From: Alphaproteobacteria bacterium
Lineage (GTDB): Bacteria > Pseudomonadota > Alphaproteobacteria > CAAGCB01 > CAG-977
Direction: 5' to 3'
NCBI GenBank assembly: GCA_017616015.1
Contig: JAFZYY010000018.1
Span: forward strand, 125-64,124
Length of the DNA: 64,000 nucleotides
Shown: positions 19,106 to 33,236 of the stretch, in pieces
Layout of the letters: each line of letters starts with the position of its first letter
How positions within the stretch are numbered: position 1 is the stretch's first letter
Position numbers and translations under genes: made by a program
The notes under the pieces: generated by a model
The model's input: only the letters and a program-made list of their open reading frames with translations
What the model was told of the DNA's origin: nothing
The model's database searches: none

Positions 19106-19793
19106 AATCCTCGGCAGTATGTTAGGGCTTTCCCTGATAACTGTATTTTTTTTGACACTGATATGGAGAAAACCAATGCCCCAGTATAACTGGAATGAAG
19201 TTTCCGATGCGGACGTCGAAGTCCTGATTAAAAAAGTTAACGCTCTGTCTTCCTTTGAAATGTTTACTCCGGGACGCTGCCGTTTTGTCGTAGCGGATCT
19301 GCCGTTTTATTCCCATTTCAAATTATTGCGGGCGACAACGTTTTCTTCTATTCCGCCCGTGACGATGCAGTATCTGATCGCCGGCTCCGGCGCTGATGCC
19401 GAAGTGATCAAAATGAATGGAACTCGCGATCCGATTTTTGAAAACAATTCGCGCGCCGGTTTGATTCTGAACGCCCAAACGGTTGTGCCGTACGCGACAT
19501 TCGTTTTGGACGCCGTCCAGACGGAAGAAGGCACTCTGCGTCTGGTCGAAAAAGTTGACGAAGACACTTTCTCCAATACGCCGACACCGCAGCAGCGCAA
19601 AGATGTCACCCATTTGATCCGTCCGGCAAAAGTAACCGAAACGGCAAACGGGTTTGATTTGGACGTGATTATGCTGTACGGCGATTCGATCTATCGCGCC
19701 GATCTGGAAGTCAAAAAAGACGGATTTATCGAAATCAAAAATGAAGAATTGTTGGCCGAAGGTTTACCGATTCGTCCGATTTTCTTAGAGTAA
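19086..19793 (+). CDS. membrane-anchored hypothetical protein
   Basis: N-terminal TM segment, no motif recognised. Overlaps the upstream gene by 20 nt. Confidence 0.45.
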   Translation: MMTRKTKILGSMLGLSLITVFFLTLIWRKPMPQYNWNEVSDADVEVLIKKVNALSSFEMFTPGRCRFVVADLPFYSHFKLLRATTFSSIPPVTMQYLIAGSGADAEVIKMNGTRDPIFENNSRAGLILNAQTVVPYATFVLDAVQTEEGTLRLVEKVDEDTFSNTPTPQQRKDVTHLIRPAKVTETANGFDLDVIMLYGDSIYRADLEVKKDGFIEIKNEELLAEGLPIRPIFLE

Positions 19794-19795
19794 TA

Positions 19796-21259
19796 ATGTT
19801 TTATCGCGTCGCGGAAATCGTTAAACGTCTGAATCTGGATTTGGAATTCATTTCCAGCGGGAATTGCGTTGACTACTCTCCGGTAACGGGGGAGCAGATA
19901 GCTTCATTTCCGCTTGGTGACGCAGAACGTATCCGGACGATTATTGAGCGGTCAAAACGGGCTTTTGGCGAATGGCGTCAGGTAGAGCCGAACGAGCGTA
20001 GCGCTTTGTTGCGTTTGTTCGGAGAAGAGTTGCGTGCCAACAAAGAAGATCTGGCTCAGCTGGTCGTCATCGAAACGGGCAAGATTTACTCTACGGCGCT
20101 GAAAGAAGTCGAACGCTCCATTGAAATCTGCGATATGGTCGCTGACATTCAGCACAGCATGTCCGGCTTTTCCATACCGACGCAGGGCAGGCATCTGGTC
20201 GTTTCGGAAGTTTGGCAGCCGTTGGGACCGGTGGTTGTGATCACTTCTTTCAATTTCCCGATGCGCGTTTGGGTGCTGAACGCTTTGTTGGCGTTGGTGT
20301 GCGGCAATTCCGTGATTTGGCGTCCCTCCCGCAAGGCGACGCTGATCGCTTTCGCGGTCAATTCTTTATTGCGTCGGGCAAAGGCCAGAGCGGCGGCAAA
20401 TTGCCCCGAATATCTGTCCCAGATCGCGATTTGCAATCATGAAGACGCTGTCGTTTTGGCGGAAAGCAATGATGTGCCGCTGTTATGCGCGACGGGATCT
20501 CCCGTTATGGCGCGCCGTCTGCAAAGCAAGGTCGGGCAGCGTCTGGGGCGCAGTATTCTGTCCGTCGGCGGAAATAACGCCGCGGTGGTAACGCCGTCCG
20601 CCGATATAAATTTGGCCATTGCTCAGGTAGTGAACTCTACCATTGCCGATGCGGGGCAAAGATGCACGTCGTTACATCGTTTGTTCTGTCATTCGTCGAT
20701 TTACGATGAATTCGTCAATCGGCTGAAAGAAGCGTTCAATACGGTGCATGTTGATTCTCCGTTTGAACGCCGAAGCCAGCTCGGCCCCCTGATCGATAAA
20801 GAAGCGTTTGATATTATGCGATTGCAGTTGGAGCAGGCAAAGGTGGAAGGCGGCGTTGTTTTCGGAGGAGAACGTATGGACGTCGGGTTATACAAAGGCG
20901 CCTATTATGTTCAGCCGGCTCTTGTCGAAATGCCCAAACAAACGGGAACGGTAAAAACGGAATTGTTGGCGCCGGTGCTGTATGTGATGCGCTATGACGA
21001 TCTGAAGGAAGCCGTTGCGGGAATTAACGAGTTTTCACAAACTTTGCTGGCCGGAATCTTTTCCAACGATTTGAAAGAAACCGGATATTTCTGCTCAATG
21101 GACGGTGTTGAATCTTCCGCCGCGATTGTTAATGCGGGCATGGTCGGCTATGACATGGCGGCGATGTTTACCAGCGGTAAAGACGCGCGCAGTTTCGCGA
21201 CGGACGTCTGGCGGCCGTTTATGCAGTCAAAGACTTGCCTGACGAACTATAATTTTTAG
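19796..21259 (+). CDS. aldehyde dehydrogenase family (ALDH7/AmaB-like)
   Basis: PLGPVVVITSFNFP..VW..N...ALVCGN.V.W.PS and the catalytic-Cys region GQRCTS..R. Confidence 0.75.
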   Translation: MFYRVAEIVKRLNLDLEFISSGNCVDYSPVTGEQIASFPLGDAERIRTIIERSKRAFGEWRQVEPNERSALLRLFGEELRANKEDLAQLVVIETGKIYSTALKEVERSIEICDMVADIQHSMSGFSIPTQGRHLVVSEVWQPLGPVVVITSFNFPMRVWVLNALLALVCGNSVIWRPSRKATLIAFAVNSLLRRAKARAAANCPEYLSQIAICNHEDAVVLAESNDVPLLCATGSPVMARRLQSKVGQRLGRSILSVGGNNAAVVTPSADINLAIAQVVNSTIADAGQRCTSLHRLFCHSSIYDEFVNRLKEAFNTVHVDSPFERRSQLGPLIDKEAFDIMRLQLEQAKVEGGVVFGGERMDVGLYKGAYYVQPALVEMPKQTGTVKTELLAPVLYVMRYDDLKEAVAGINEFSQTLLAGIFSNDLKETGYFCSMDGVESSAAIVNAGMVGYDMAAMFTSGKDARSFATDVWRPFMQSKTCLTNYNF

Positions 21260-21334
21260 GATATTTTCCCCGATAAACGGTTGCTTAAGCCGTGATAAAA
21301 AAGCTATAAAAGGAAACGGCGGAGCGGCTGAAAA

Positions 21335-22135
21335 ATGAATTTTTTAAAAACATCAAAAAGAATTTTGACAATGGCGGGAATAGCGGTTGTATTGTTGCTG
21401 TCTTCGTGCGCTTCAAACAAAGCGTTTGACCCTGAAGTGACGCCGCCGGAAACGCTGTATAATCACGCGTTGGATTTATTGCTGAAAGATCGGGAGTATT
21501 CCAAGTCGGCAAAGGCGTTTGACGAAATCGACCGTTATTATCCGTATTCCCGATGGGCTTTGCGCGCGCAGATCATGGAAGCCTTCGCTTATTACGTCCG
21601 ACGGGATTACGATGAGGCGGTCATCGTGATCGACCGGTTTTTGCAGCTGTATCCCGGCAATTCGTTCGCGTCGTATGCTTATTATCTCAAAGCGCTGTGC
21701 TATTACGCACAAATATCCGACACACAGCGGGATCAAAAAATGACGCAAATGGCGTTGGATTCTTTGACTGAGGTTATCAGACGCTTTCCTGATACGCCGT
21801 ATGCTGAGGACGCTAAACAGAAAATTTTATTGGCGCGAGATTATCTGGCGGCGAAAGAAGTCAATATCGGGGTGTATTATTTAAAACAAAACGCGCATAT
21901 CGCCGCGATGAACCGCTTTACGAACGTGATTCAGAATTATCAGACGACGCAACACGTTCAGGAAGCCTTATACCGTCTGACCGAAACGTATCTGATTTTG
22001 GGACTGGACGAGGAAGCGCAGAAAAGCGCGGCTGTTTTGGGATTCAACTATCCGTCGAGTCCGTGGTACGCGCGGGCGTACGATTTGATGAAAGAGTACG
22101 TCCCCGCAAGTATCGCTCCGCAAAAGAAGGACTGA
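21335..22135 (+). CDS. bamD: outer-membrane assembly lipoprotein BamD/YfiO
   Basis: Lipobox LSSC, TPR-like repeats, and the position directly upstream of recN that is typical in proteobacteria. Confidence 0.75.
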   Translation: MNFLKTSKRILTMAGIAVVLLLSSCASNKAFDPEVTPPETLYNHALDLLLKDREYSKSAKAFDEIDRYYPYSRWALRAQIMEAFAYYVRRDYDEAVIVIDRFLQLYPGNSFASYAYYLKALCYYAQISDTQRDQKMTQMALDSLTEVIRRFPDTPYAEDAKQKILLARDYLAAKEVNIGVYYLKQNAHIAAMNRFTNVIQNYQTTQHVQEALYRLTETYLILGLDEEAQKSAAVLGFNYPSSPWYARAYDLMKEYVPASIAPQKKD

Positions 22136-22140
22136 AAATC

Positions 22141-25925
<3,785 letters not shown>

Positions 25926-25997
25926 GTTATTCGCTTTTAAGAAAAAAACGACCTACCTTTAGAGTATCGGATCACGTTACGATGAAAGGAGGTTGCC

Positions 25998-26390
25998 ATG
26001 AAGTTGTTTGTTCTGTCCGCTTTGCTGATGCTGACGGCTTTTAATGCGCGCGCCTCCGAAGATCAGTCTTTTCTGCTGGCGATGGATTATTCCGTTTACG
26101 CGCGTCTGGCGCAAAACGATACTTTCGGCACGGTGAAGAAGGCTTTAAACGAAAATCCGTATGAAAAGAGAAGCGATGCCGTCGCGGAACAAAAGCCCGT
26201 TCAAAACGGCGAAAAGTACACGGTTAAAGATTTAAAATCGCGGCCGCGCAACCTGATCGGCGGCGGATTCGTCAATACGAACGACCGCGTGGCCGTCGGT
26301 GCTTTCGCCGGCTATCAGTACGACGAAATCAACGAGGACAAGCTCAACGAAGCGTATTCCCTGACAATCAACGTCAATATCGCGCTTTAA
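25998..26390 (+). CDS. secreted hypothetical protein
   Basis: Signal peptide NARA-SE. No motif recognised. Confidence 0.45.
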   Translation: MKLFVLSALLMLTAFNARASEDQSFLLAMDYSVYARLAQNDTFGTVKKALNENPYEKRSDAVAEQKPVQNGEKYTVKDLKSRPRNLIGGGFVNTNDRVAVGAFAGYQYDEINEDKLNEAYSLTINVNIAL

Positions 26391-27607
26391 TTTTCCTGCC
26401 GGTAAGTGGCCAGAAACTCTTTCAGCCGTCCGAGCGCTTTTTCCAGATCGTCCGTCCGGGGCAGGAAAACAACGCGGAAGTGGTCCGGTTTTTCCCAGTT
26501 GAAGCCTGTTCCGTTGACCAACAAAATCCGCTTGCTCATCAGCAAATCCAGCACGAATTTCTGATCGTCAAGAATGTTGAATTTCGCCGTGTCGATTTTC
26601 GGGAACATATAAAGCGAGCCTTTCGCCTTGACGCAGGAAATGCCCGGAATGTCGTTTAACAGTTTGTGGCACAACGTGCGCTGTTCGTACAATCTTCCCC
26701 CCGGCTTGACTAAATCGTTGATGCTCTGATAGCCGCCCAGAGCGGTTTGAATCGCGTATTGTCCGGGCACGTTGGAGCACAGCCGCATATTTGCCAGCAA
26801 ATCCAGACCGTCGATATAGTCCTCGGCCATTTTCTTGTTGCCGCTCAGAATCATCCACGCGGCGCGGAAACCGCAGGAACGATAGTTCTTCGAAATGCCG
26901 TTATAGGTCACGCAGAACGTGTCTTTGATTAATGAGGCCAGCGACGTATGCGTGACGCCGTCATACAGAATCTTGTCGTAAATTTCGTCGCAGAAAACGG
27001 CGATTTTATGCTTTTCCGCCAACGCCGCGATTTTTTCCAGCAGTTCTTTCGGATAGACGGCGCCGGTCGGATTGTTCGGATTGATGATGACGATGCCTTT
27101 TGTTTTCGGCGTGATTTTGCTTTCGATGTCCTTCAGGTCGGGATACCAGTCGGATTCTTCGTCGCAGACGTAATGGACGGGTTTGCCGCCGGCCAGACAG
27201 ATTGCCGCTGTCCATAAGGGATAATCCGGCGCGGGGACAAGGATTTCGTCGCCGTTGTTCAAAAACGCTTCCATACTCAATAAAATCAGGTCGGAAACGC
27301 CGTTGCCCAGATAGATGTCGTTGATTTGCACGCCGTCGATGTGCTTTTGCTGGCAATAGTGCATGACGGCTTTACGGGCGGGGAAAATGCCTTTGGAATC
27401 GGAATAGCCGTCCGAAAAGGGAATGTTCAAAATCACGTCTTTGATGATTTCTTCGGGCGCGTTCAAATCGAATGCCGCCGGATTGCCGATGTTGAGCTTT
27501 AAGATTTTATAGCCGGCTTCCTCCAGTTGATTGGCGGCTTTTAAGACGGGGCCGCGAATCTCGTAATGAACGCCGTCCAGACGGGACGATTTTTGAAATT
27601 CTCTCAT
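26387..27607 (-). CDS. class I/II PLP-dependent aminotransferase (AlaA-like)
   Basis: KLNIGNP, N.Y....G...LR, NPNNPTG and SKNYRSCGFRAAW (PLP-Lys region). Confidence 0.8.
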   Translation of the reverse strand: MREFQKSSRLDGVHYEIRGPVLKAANQLEEAGYKILKLNIGNPAAFDLNAPEEIIKDVILNIPFSDGYSDSKGIFPARKAVMHYCQQKHIDGVQINDIYLGNGVSDLILLSMEAFLNNGDEILVPAPDYPLWTAAICLAGGKPVHYVCDEESDWYPDLKDIESKITPKTKGIVIINPNNPTGAVYPKELLEKIAALAEKHKIAVFCDEIYDKILYDGVTHTSLASLIKDTFCVTYNGISKNYRSCGFRAAWMILSGNKKMAEDYIDGLDLLANMRLCSNVPGQYAIQTALGGYQSINDLVKPGGRLYEQRTLCHKLLNDIPGISCVKAKGSLYMFPKIDTAKFNILDDQKFVLDLLMSKRILLVNGTGFNWEKPDHFRVVFLPRTDDLEKALGRLKEFLATYRQEN

Positions 27608-27648
27608 TGTTAAAGCTCCTTATATCTGTATGCGCTGTAAGCATATAA

Positions 27649-29277
27649 CTAAAGCGATTCCGAAGGAAGCTCTTTATCTTCGGATTGCAAAATTTTAATG
27701 GCACAGCGCAGACCGTCAACAGCGGCGGACATGATGCCGCCCGCGTATCCGGCACCTTCGCCGCACGGGTAAAGCCCTTGAATTGAAACGCTCTGCAACG
27801 TCGCGGAATCGCGTAACATGCGCACGGGCGACGACGTTCTGGTTTCCGCGCCGGTCAAAATGGCGTCATGTGCGGTAAACAGCCGGATCTTCCGTTCAAG
27901 TTTTTTAAAGCCGAGTTTATAGGACTCAATAACGAAATCGGGCAAAACGGCGCGCATGTCGGCCATTTGCACTCCGGGACGGTAAGACGGTATCACTTCG
28001 CCGAATTTGACGGTTTCCTTGTCGTGCAGAAAATCGATGACCCTCTGCACCGGAGCGCGGAACAACCCGCCGCCCGCTTTGAATGCGTTTTCTTCGATTT
28101 TGCGCTGAAATTCGACGCCGGCCAACGGGTGGTCCGAGCCGAAATCCTCCGGTTTCACGTCAACCAGCAAAGCGCTGTTCGCGTTGTCTTTGTCGCGGGC
28201 GTATTCGCTCATGCCGTTGGTGACAAGGCGTCCTGCTTCGGAAGCCGCCGCGACGACGACGCCTCCCGGACACATGCAGAACGTGTAAAGTCCGCGTCCG
28301 TTGCTTAAGTGGACGGCCAGTTTATAGTCGGCCTGTCCGAGGACGGCGCGCGGCTTGACCATGCCGTACTGGCTTTTGTTGATGAATTTCTGCGGGTGTT
28401 CGATGCGCGTGCCGATCGCAAAGGGCTTTTGAATCATCTGCACGCTTCTGGCGTACAGCATTTCAAACGTGTCGCGCGCGCTGTGCCCGACGGCCAGAAT
28501 GACGCTGTTTGTCGGGATTTCTTCAAGGCTTCCGTCGGGATTCCTGACCTGAACGGCAATCAGGCGGCCGTCTTTGACGATTAAATCCGTCAGCCGCGTT
28601 TCAAAGCGGTATTCCCCGCCCAGAGTCATGATTTTACGGCGGATATTGCCGACCATGTAGGACAGCTTGTCCGTCCCGATGTGCGGCTTTGCCAGATACA
28701 TGATTTCGGGAGGGGCGCCGGCGGCGATGAACTCCTCCAAAACTTTGCGGGTGAAAGCGTCCTTTTTGATGCCGGTTGTCAGTTTTCCGTCCGAAAAGGT
28801 TCCCGCGCCGCCTTCGCCGAACTGCACGTTCGAATCTTCGTTCAGCTCGCCGATTTTCCAGAAGCGATTCACGTCTTTGCGGCGTTTGGAAACGGTCTTT
28901 CCGCGTTCGATCAAAATCGGATTCGCGCCGGCCTGAGCCAGTAAAAGCCCGGCCATCATACCGGCGGGACCCGTTCCGATAATCACGGGACGCAAAGAGT
29001 TCTTCGGATTCCAAACCGGTTCCGGGAATCGTTCTTCCGCTTTTAACAGGCAGATGTCCCGATAAGGGCAGGTTTTAACCGCTTCCTCTTCGTCGCCGTC
29101 CAATGTCAGATCGAAAGAGAAAAGGACGCTCAGGTTTTGCTTTTTGCGCGCGTCGACGGACTTTTTGGCAATACGAAAGAAAACGATATTGTCAAAGCCG
29201 GTCAGTTCCGCGACATAAGCCTGCAGGTCGTCCGGTACGGCTTTCGGTCTGAAGGAAACATTGGAAACGCGGATCAT
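27649..29277 (-). CDS. FAD-dependent oxidoreductase (COG2509-type NAD(FAD)-utilising dehydrogenase)
   Basis: Dinucleotide fold VIIGTGPAGMMAGLLLAQAG and C-terminal GLYPCGEGAGYAGGI.SAA.DG. Confidence 0.7.
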   Translation of the reverse strand: MIRVSNVSFRPKAVPDDLQAYVAELTGFDNIVFFRIAKKSVDARKKQNLSVLFSFDLTLDGDEEEAVKTCPYRDICLLKAEERFPEPVWNPKNSLRPVIIGTGPAGMMAGLLLAQAGANPILIERGKTVSKRRKDVNRFWKIGELNEDSNVQFGEGGAGTFSDGKLTTGIKKDAFTRKVLEEFIAAGAPPEIMYLAKPHIGTDKLSYMVGNIRRKIMTLGGEYRFETRLTDLIVKDGRLIAVQVRNPDGSLEEIPTNSVILAVGHSARDTFEMLYARSVQMIQKPFAIGTRIEHPQKFINKSQYGMVKPRAVLGQADYKLAVHLSNGRGLYTFCMCPGGVVVAAASEAGRLVTNGMSEYARDKDNANSALLVDVKPEDFGSDHPLAGVEFQRKIEENAFKAGGGLFRAPVQRVIDFLHDKETVKFGEVIPSYRPGVQMADMRAVLPDFVIESYKLGFKKLERKIRLFTAHDAILTGAETRTSSPVRMLRDSATLQSVSIQGLYPCGEGAGYAGGIMSAAVDGLRCAIKILQSEDKELPSESL

Positions 29278-29287
29278 GTTTTGTTTT

Positions 29288-29770
29288 TTAATCTTTCAAA
29301 TCGGAAGTGCAATGCGGGCACTTGGTCGCTTTGATCGAGATTTCGGAATCACAGTACGGGCATTTCTTCGTCGTCGGTTCCGCGGGAGCCGGAGCGGCTT
29401 CTTCTTTCTTGTCCAGTTTTTCCTGCAGGGTGTTCATGATTTTGATCAGAATGAACACGGCGAAAGCGACGATGACAAAGCTGATGATCGCGTTGATGAA
29501 AAAGCCGACGTTCAGCGTGACGGCGCCGGCGGCTTTAGCCGCGTCAATCGAAGCATAAGGAGCTTCGGGCGTGCCGTTTTTCAACACAAAGAACAGGTTG
29601 GCAAAGTCGATTTTGCCCATCAGAAGTCCCAGAGGCGGCATTAAAATGTCTTTTACCAGAGAGTCGACGATTTTGGTGAAAGCGGCGCCGATGATGATAC
29701 CGACGGCCATGTCCATGACGTTGCCGCGCATGGCGAATTTTTTGAATTCGGAAAAGATGTTTTTAATCAT
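29288..29770 (-). CDS. mscL: large-conductance mechanosensitive channel with C-terminal CxxC...CxxC extension
   Basis: [35 protein letters not shown] is the MscL signature. An extra tail, [22 protein letters not shown], follows. Confidence 0.85.
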   Translation of the reverse strand: MIKNIFSEFKKFAMRGNVMDMAVGIIIGAAFTKIVDSLVKDILMPPLGLLMGKIDFANLFFVLKNGTPEAPYASIDAAKAAGAVTLNVGFFINAIISFVIVAFAVFILIKIMNTLQEKLDKKEEAAPAPAEPTTKKCPYCDSEISIKATKCPHCTSDLKD

Positions 29771-29780
29771 AGTGTTATCC

Positions 29781-30644
29781 TTACATCAGGTTAAACAGGT
29801 CTTTATAGGTGAATGCGACGCCGATCGTGAAGTTCGAACCGGAAACGTGAGCTTCGCGGGAACGGGCGTAGCGGTAAGACATATAAGGACCGAAAGTTAA
29901 AGTCGTGTTCATCTGTACGTCCATGCGCGCCGTCGCGTTCAAGTCGTAAATCAAATCGGTGCCGATATAGTGGTTATAAGACAGATAGCGGCGGAAATAG
30001 CCTTCCGTCGAATACTGCACGCCTTCGCGGGGCGTGTCCTCCAACCGCCAGCCGAATTCGGCAGCGGATTTGCTGACGTGCGGTTTGTAGGTCATGTCGT
30101 ATTCGCCGACGGCCGCGATATACAGACTTTTGATGATGTCGCCGTCAAACAGCTTCAGACCGGCTTTCCCGCGCGCGACTTTCGTTCTGGGGGCGCCCTC
30201 GTTGGCCGTAAATTCGGTCTGGTATTCCACGGTGGCCATCGGACCGAATTTCAGGCCGCCGAATTCAAACAGCTTGTGCGCGTAATCCGACGAAAACAGG
30301 ATTTTATCGGCGCTTTCGTTCTTTTCCGCTTCCTGATCGACGGGCTTGACTTTCGTTTCGCCGTATTCGGCATAGACGCCGTTGTTCCACTGCAGGTTTT
30401 CACGGTTGTATTCCAGCATGAAATCAAACACGCCTTTGACGACGGTCTGGCTGTCCGTGCTTAATTGCGTGACAGGAGAGTTTTTGTATTCTCTGGAATG
30501 GTTGATCGATGTTGAGGACATTTCCAACCCGACGCGGCGGAAGTTCGCTTTTAACGTCGGGGCGGAAGCCGTATTTTCCTGCGCGTTCGCCTGAAAGGAA
30601 ATCAGCAGAGCGCACAAAGGCAGAAGAGTTTTTTTCAAAGACAT
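29781..30644 (-). CDS. putative outer-membrane beta-barrel protein
   Basis: Signal peptide (QANA-QE) and amphipathic beta pattern. No family recognised. Confidence 0.4.
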   Translation of the reverse strand: MSLKKTLLPLCALLISFQANAQENTASAPTLKANFRRVGLEMSSTSINHSREYKNSPVTQLSTDSQTVVKGVFDFMLEYNRENLQWNNGVYAEYGETKVKPVDQEAEKNESADKILFSSDYAHKLFEFGGLKFGPMATVEYQTEFTANEGAPRTKVARGKAGLKLFDGDIIKSLYIAAVGEYDMTYKPHVSKSAAEFGWRLEDTPREGVQYSTEGYFRRYLSYNHYIGTDLIYDLNATARMDVQMNTTLTFGPYMSYRYARSREAHVSGSNFTIGVAFTYKDLFNLM

Positions 30645-30795
30645 TTATTTTTTCCGTACAGTTAAAAATATAATCGACAGTTTTACTCCGACTAAGCCGA
30701 TAGTTCAAGCCGCTTGAAAAAGAAATCGCAGTTAATTATATTTGAACCGTATTCTGACGCCGAAGGGTTCCTGAGGCAAAAGAAAGGAAAAACGA

Positions 30796-31038
30796 ATGGA
30801 AACAAAAGTCGCTTTGATCGGCATTGTCGTTGAAAATCCCGAATCCGTGATGAAACTGAACACGCTGTTGCACGAATACAGCGCGTACATCATCGGGCGT
30901 ATGGGATTGCCTTATCACAAAAAGGAAATCAGCATCATCAGCGTGGCGCTTGACGCGCCGCAGGACACGATTAACGCTTTATCGGGCAAGCTCGGCAAAC
31001 TGGAAGGCGTTTCAACGAAAACGATCTATTCGAAATAA
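30796..31038 (+). CDS. TM1266-family iron-only hydrogenase system regulator-like protein
   Basis: 80 aa, paralogue of 6766-7011, directly upstream of hydG. Confidence 0.7.
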   Translation: METKVALIGIVVENPESVMKLNTLLHEYSAYIIGRMGLPYHKKEISIISVALDAPQDTINALSGKLGKLEGVSTKTIYSK

Positions 31039-31080
31039 CACTGACGGGAAAGAAATTTCTGACTCAAAAGGAGAATTATT

Positions 31081-32490
31081 ATGTACGATCCCAAGTCTTT
31101 AAAGGCTGAAGAATTTATCTCTCATGACGAAATCATGGACACGCTGGCGTACGCGCAGGCAAACAAAACAAACGCGGAACTGATCGACAAAATCATTGAA
31201 AAGGCAAAACTCTGGAAAGGGCTTGACCACCGCGAAGCGTCCGTTTTGCTGGCATGCGAGCTGCCCGACAGAAACGAACAAATCTTTAAACTGGCGGAAC
31301 AGCTGAAAAAGGATTTTTACGGCAACCGCATCGTGTTGTTCGCGCCGCTGTATCTGTCAAACTATTGCGTGAACGGGTGCGTTTACTGTCCGTATCACAT
31401 CAAAAACAAGCACATTCCCCGCAAAAAACTGACACAGGAACAAATCCGCGCGGAAGTCATCGCTTTGCAGGACATGGGACACAAGCGTCTGGCTTTGGAA
31501 GCCGGCGAGGATCCCGTCAACAACCCGATCGAATATATTTTGGAAAGCATCAAAACAATCTATTCGATCAAGCATAAAAACGGAGCGATTCGCCGCGTCA
31601 ACGTCAATATTGCGGCGACGACGGTCGAAAACTACCGCAAACTGAAAGACGCCGGCATCGGCACTTACATTCTGTTTCAGGAAACGTACAACAAAGAATC
31701 CTATGAAAAGCTGCACCCGACAGGCCCCAAACACAACTACGCCTATCACACCGAAGCGATGGATCGCGCGATGGACGGCGGCATTGATGATGTCGGCTTG
31801 GGCGTTTTGTACGGACTGGAAAACTACGCTTACGAATTCGCCGGTCAGCTGATGCACGCCGAACATCTGGAAGCGGTGCACGGGGTAGGGCCGCACACGA
31901 TTTCCGTGCCGCGCATTTGCCCCGCGGACGACATTGACCCCAATTCGTTCAAAAACGCTTTGCCGGACGATATTTTCGCCAAGATTATCGCTTGTATCCG
32001 CGTTTCGACGCCTTATACGGGCATGATCATTTCGACGCGCGAAAGCCAAAAGATGAGGGAACGCGCTTTGCATTTGGGCATTTCTCAAATCAGCGGGGCG
32101 TCCTCGACTTCCGTCGGCGGTTATGTCGTGCGCGAAACGGAAACGGCGCAGTTTGACCGCGCGGATACGCGAACTTTGGACGAAGTGATCAAGTGGCTGA
32201 TGGACATGAATTATATCCCGAGCTTCTGCACGGCGTGCTATCGCGCGGGACGGACGGGCGACAGATTTATGGATTTGTGCAAGTCCAAACAGATTTTGAA
32301 CTGTTGCCACCCGAACGCTTTGATGACGCTGAAAGAATATCTGGAGGACTACGCGTCGCCGGAAACGAAGAAAGTCGGATACGAACTGATCAAGCGCGAA
32401 TTGAACAACATCACGAATCCGAAAGTCCGCGAAGTTTGCGAAGATCATTTGGATCACATCGCGCAAGGCGAACGCGATTTCCGCTTCTAA
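31081..32490 (+). CDS. hydG: [FeFe]-hydrogenase maturase HydG-like radical SAM enzyme
   Basis: Radical-SAM CVNGCVYCPY, ThiH/HydG-like core and a C-terminal CTAC-x22-C cluster motif (SFCTACYRAGRTGDRFMDLCKSKQILNCC). Confidence 0.75.
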   Translation: MYDPKSLKAEEFISHDEIMDTLAYAQANKTNAELIDKIIEKAKLWKGLDHREASVLLACELPDRNEQIFKLAEQLKKDFYGNRIVLFAPLYLSNYCVNGCVYCPYHIKNKHIPRKKLTQEQIRAEVIALQDMGHKRLALEAGEDPVNNPIEYILESIKTIYSIKHKNGAIRRVNVNIAATTVENYRKLKDAGIGTYILFQETYNKESYEKLHPTGPKHNYAYHTEAMDRAMDGGIDDVGLGVLYGLENYAYEFAGQLMHAEHLEAVHGVGPHTISVPRICPADDIDPNSFKNALPDDIFAKIIACIRVSTPYTGMIISTRESQKMRERALHLGISQISGASSTSVGGYVVRETETAQFDRADTRTLDEVIKWLMDMNYIPSFCTACYRAGRTGDRFMDLCKSKQILNCCHPNALMTLKEYLEDYASPETKKVGYELIKRELNNITNPKVREVCEDHLDHIAQGERDFRF

Positions 32491-32501
32491 TCGCTGTCGT
32501 A

Positions 32502-33236
32502 TTACGCGGCTGTTTTATATTCAGAATTATGGCAGGTTCCGGTGAATACCCGCCTGCCGTAATGATAAGCTAACGGCGTCATAAACGGCAAAGGCTGCCA
32601 ATTTCCGTTATCCAACGGAACGGTTGCGAACACCGCCGCGCCGTCTGTTTCTTTCATAAACAGGGAATTGGCATAATTTGTATGAACGTAAAGTTGTTCG
32701 CCGTCATAAAGCGTCAGGTTCAATTTGTTGTTCGGCGCCAGTTCGCCGATTAGCCGGTCAACCAAAGCGAAACGCTCTTCCGCCGTCATTTCGCGGTTTA
32801 AAGCCGTCTGGCGCTGATTGACCTGATCCACCAGATAATACAAAATCCGTTCGCTGTCGGTTGATCCTTCCTGCGCGGAAGCGTAAGCGTCCGTCTTTGT
32901 CCCGTCGAAAATCGTACCGTTATGCGCCAGCGTCCACGCTCGATTCAACTTGTCACGCAAAATAAACGGGTGAGAGTTCGCGTACTCCATTTTCCCGACC
33001 GTCGCCTGCCGGATATGCGCCAAAGCGTTGCAGGCGAAAATCTGATGGCTTAAACGGTCTTTCAGATAACTGCTTTTGTTTGATTCCACGGGTTCTTTTT
33101 CCAGGCTGACCGCGTTGCCGTAGAATACCGCCAGTCCCCACCCGTTCGGGTGCTTTGAACCGTGAGAAAAAAACTCCTTCAACAAAGTGTTCAGCTGTAT
33201 TTCTTTTTCCGAAGAAACAGCGAATATTTCACACAC
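32502..33236 (-). CDS. class II (Ntn) glutamine amidotransferase-like protein (EgtC/YafJ-like)
   Basis: Starts MCEIF (nucleophile Cys2) and has HPNGWG and HNG.I motifs. Confidence 0.75.
   Translation of the reverse strand: MCEIFAVSSEKEIQLNTLLKEFFSHGSKHPNGWGLAVFYGNAVSLEKEPVESNKSSYLKDRLSHQIFACNALAHIRQATVGKMEYANSHPFILRDKLNRAWTLAHNGTIFDGTKTDAYASAQEGSTDSERILYYLVDQVNQRQTALNREMTAEERFALVDRLIGELAPNNKLNLTLYDGEQLYVHTNYANSLFMKETDGAAVFATVPLDNGNWQPLPFMTPLAYHYGRRVFTGTCHNSEYKTAA

Noticed and set aside
31357-32466. 369-aa ORF antisense to hydG
   Set aside because: It is Arg/Val/Phe-rich with no motifs and is fully embedded opposite a gene with clear radical-SAM motifs. This is a typical shadow ORF of GC-biased codon usage.
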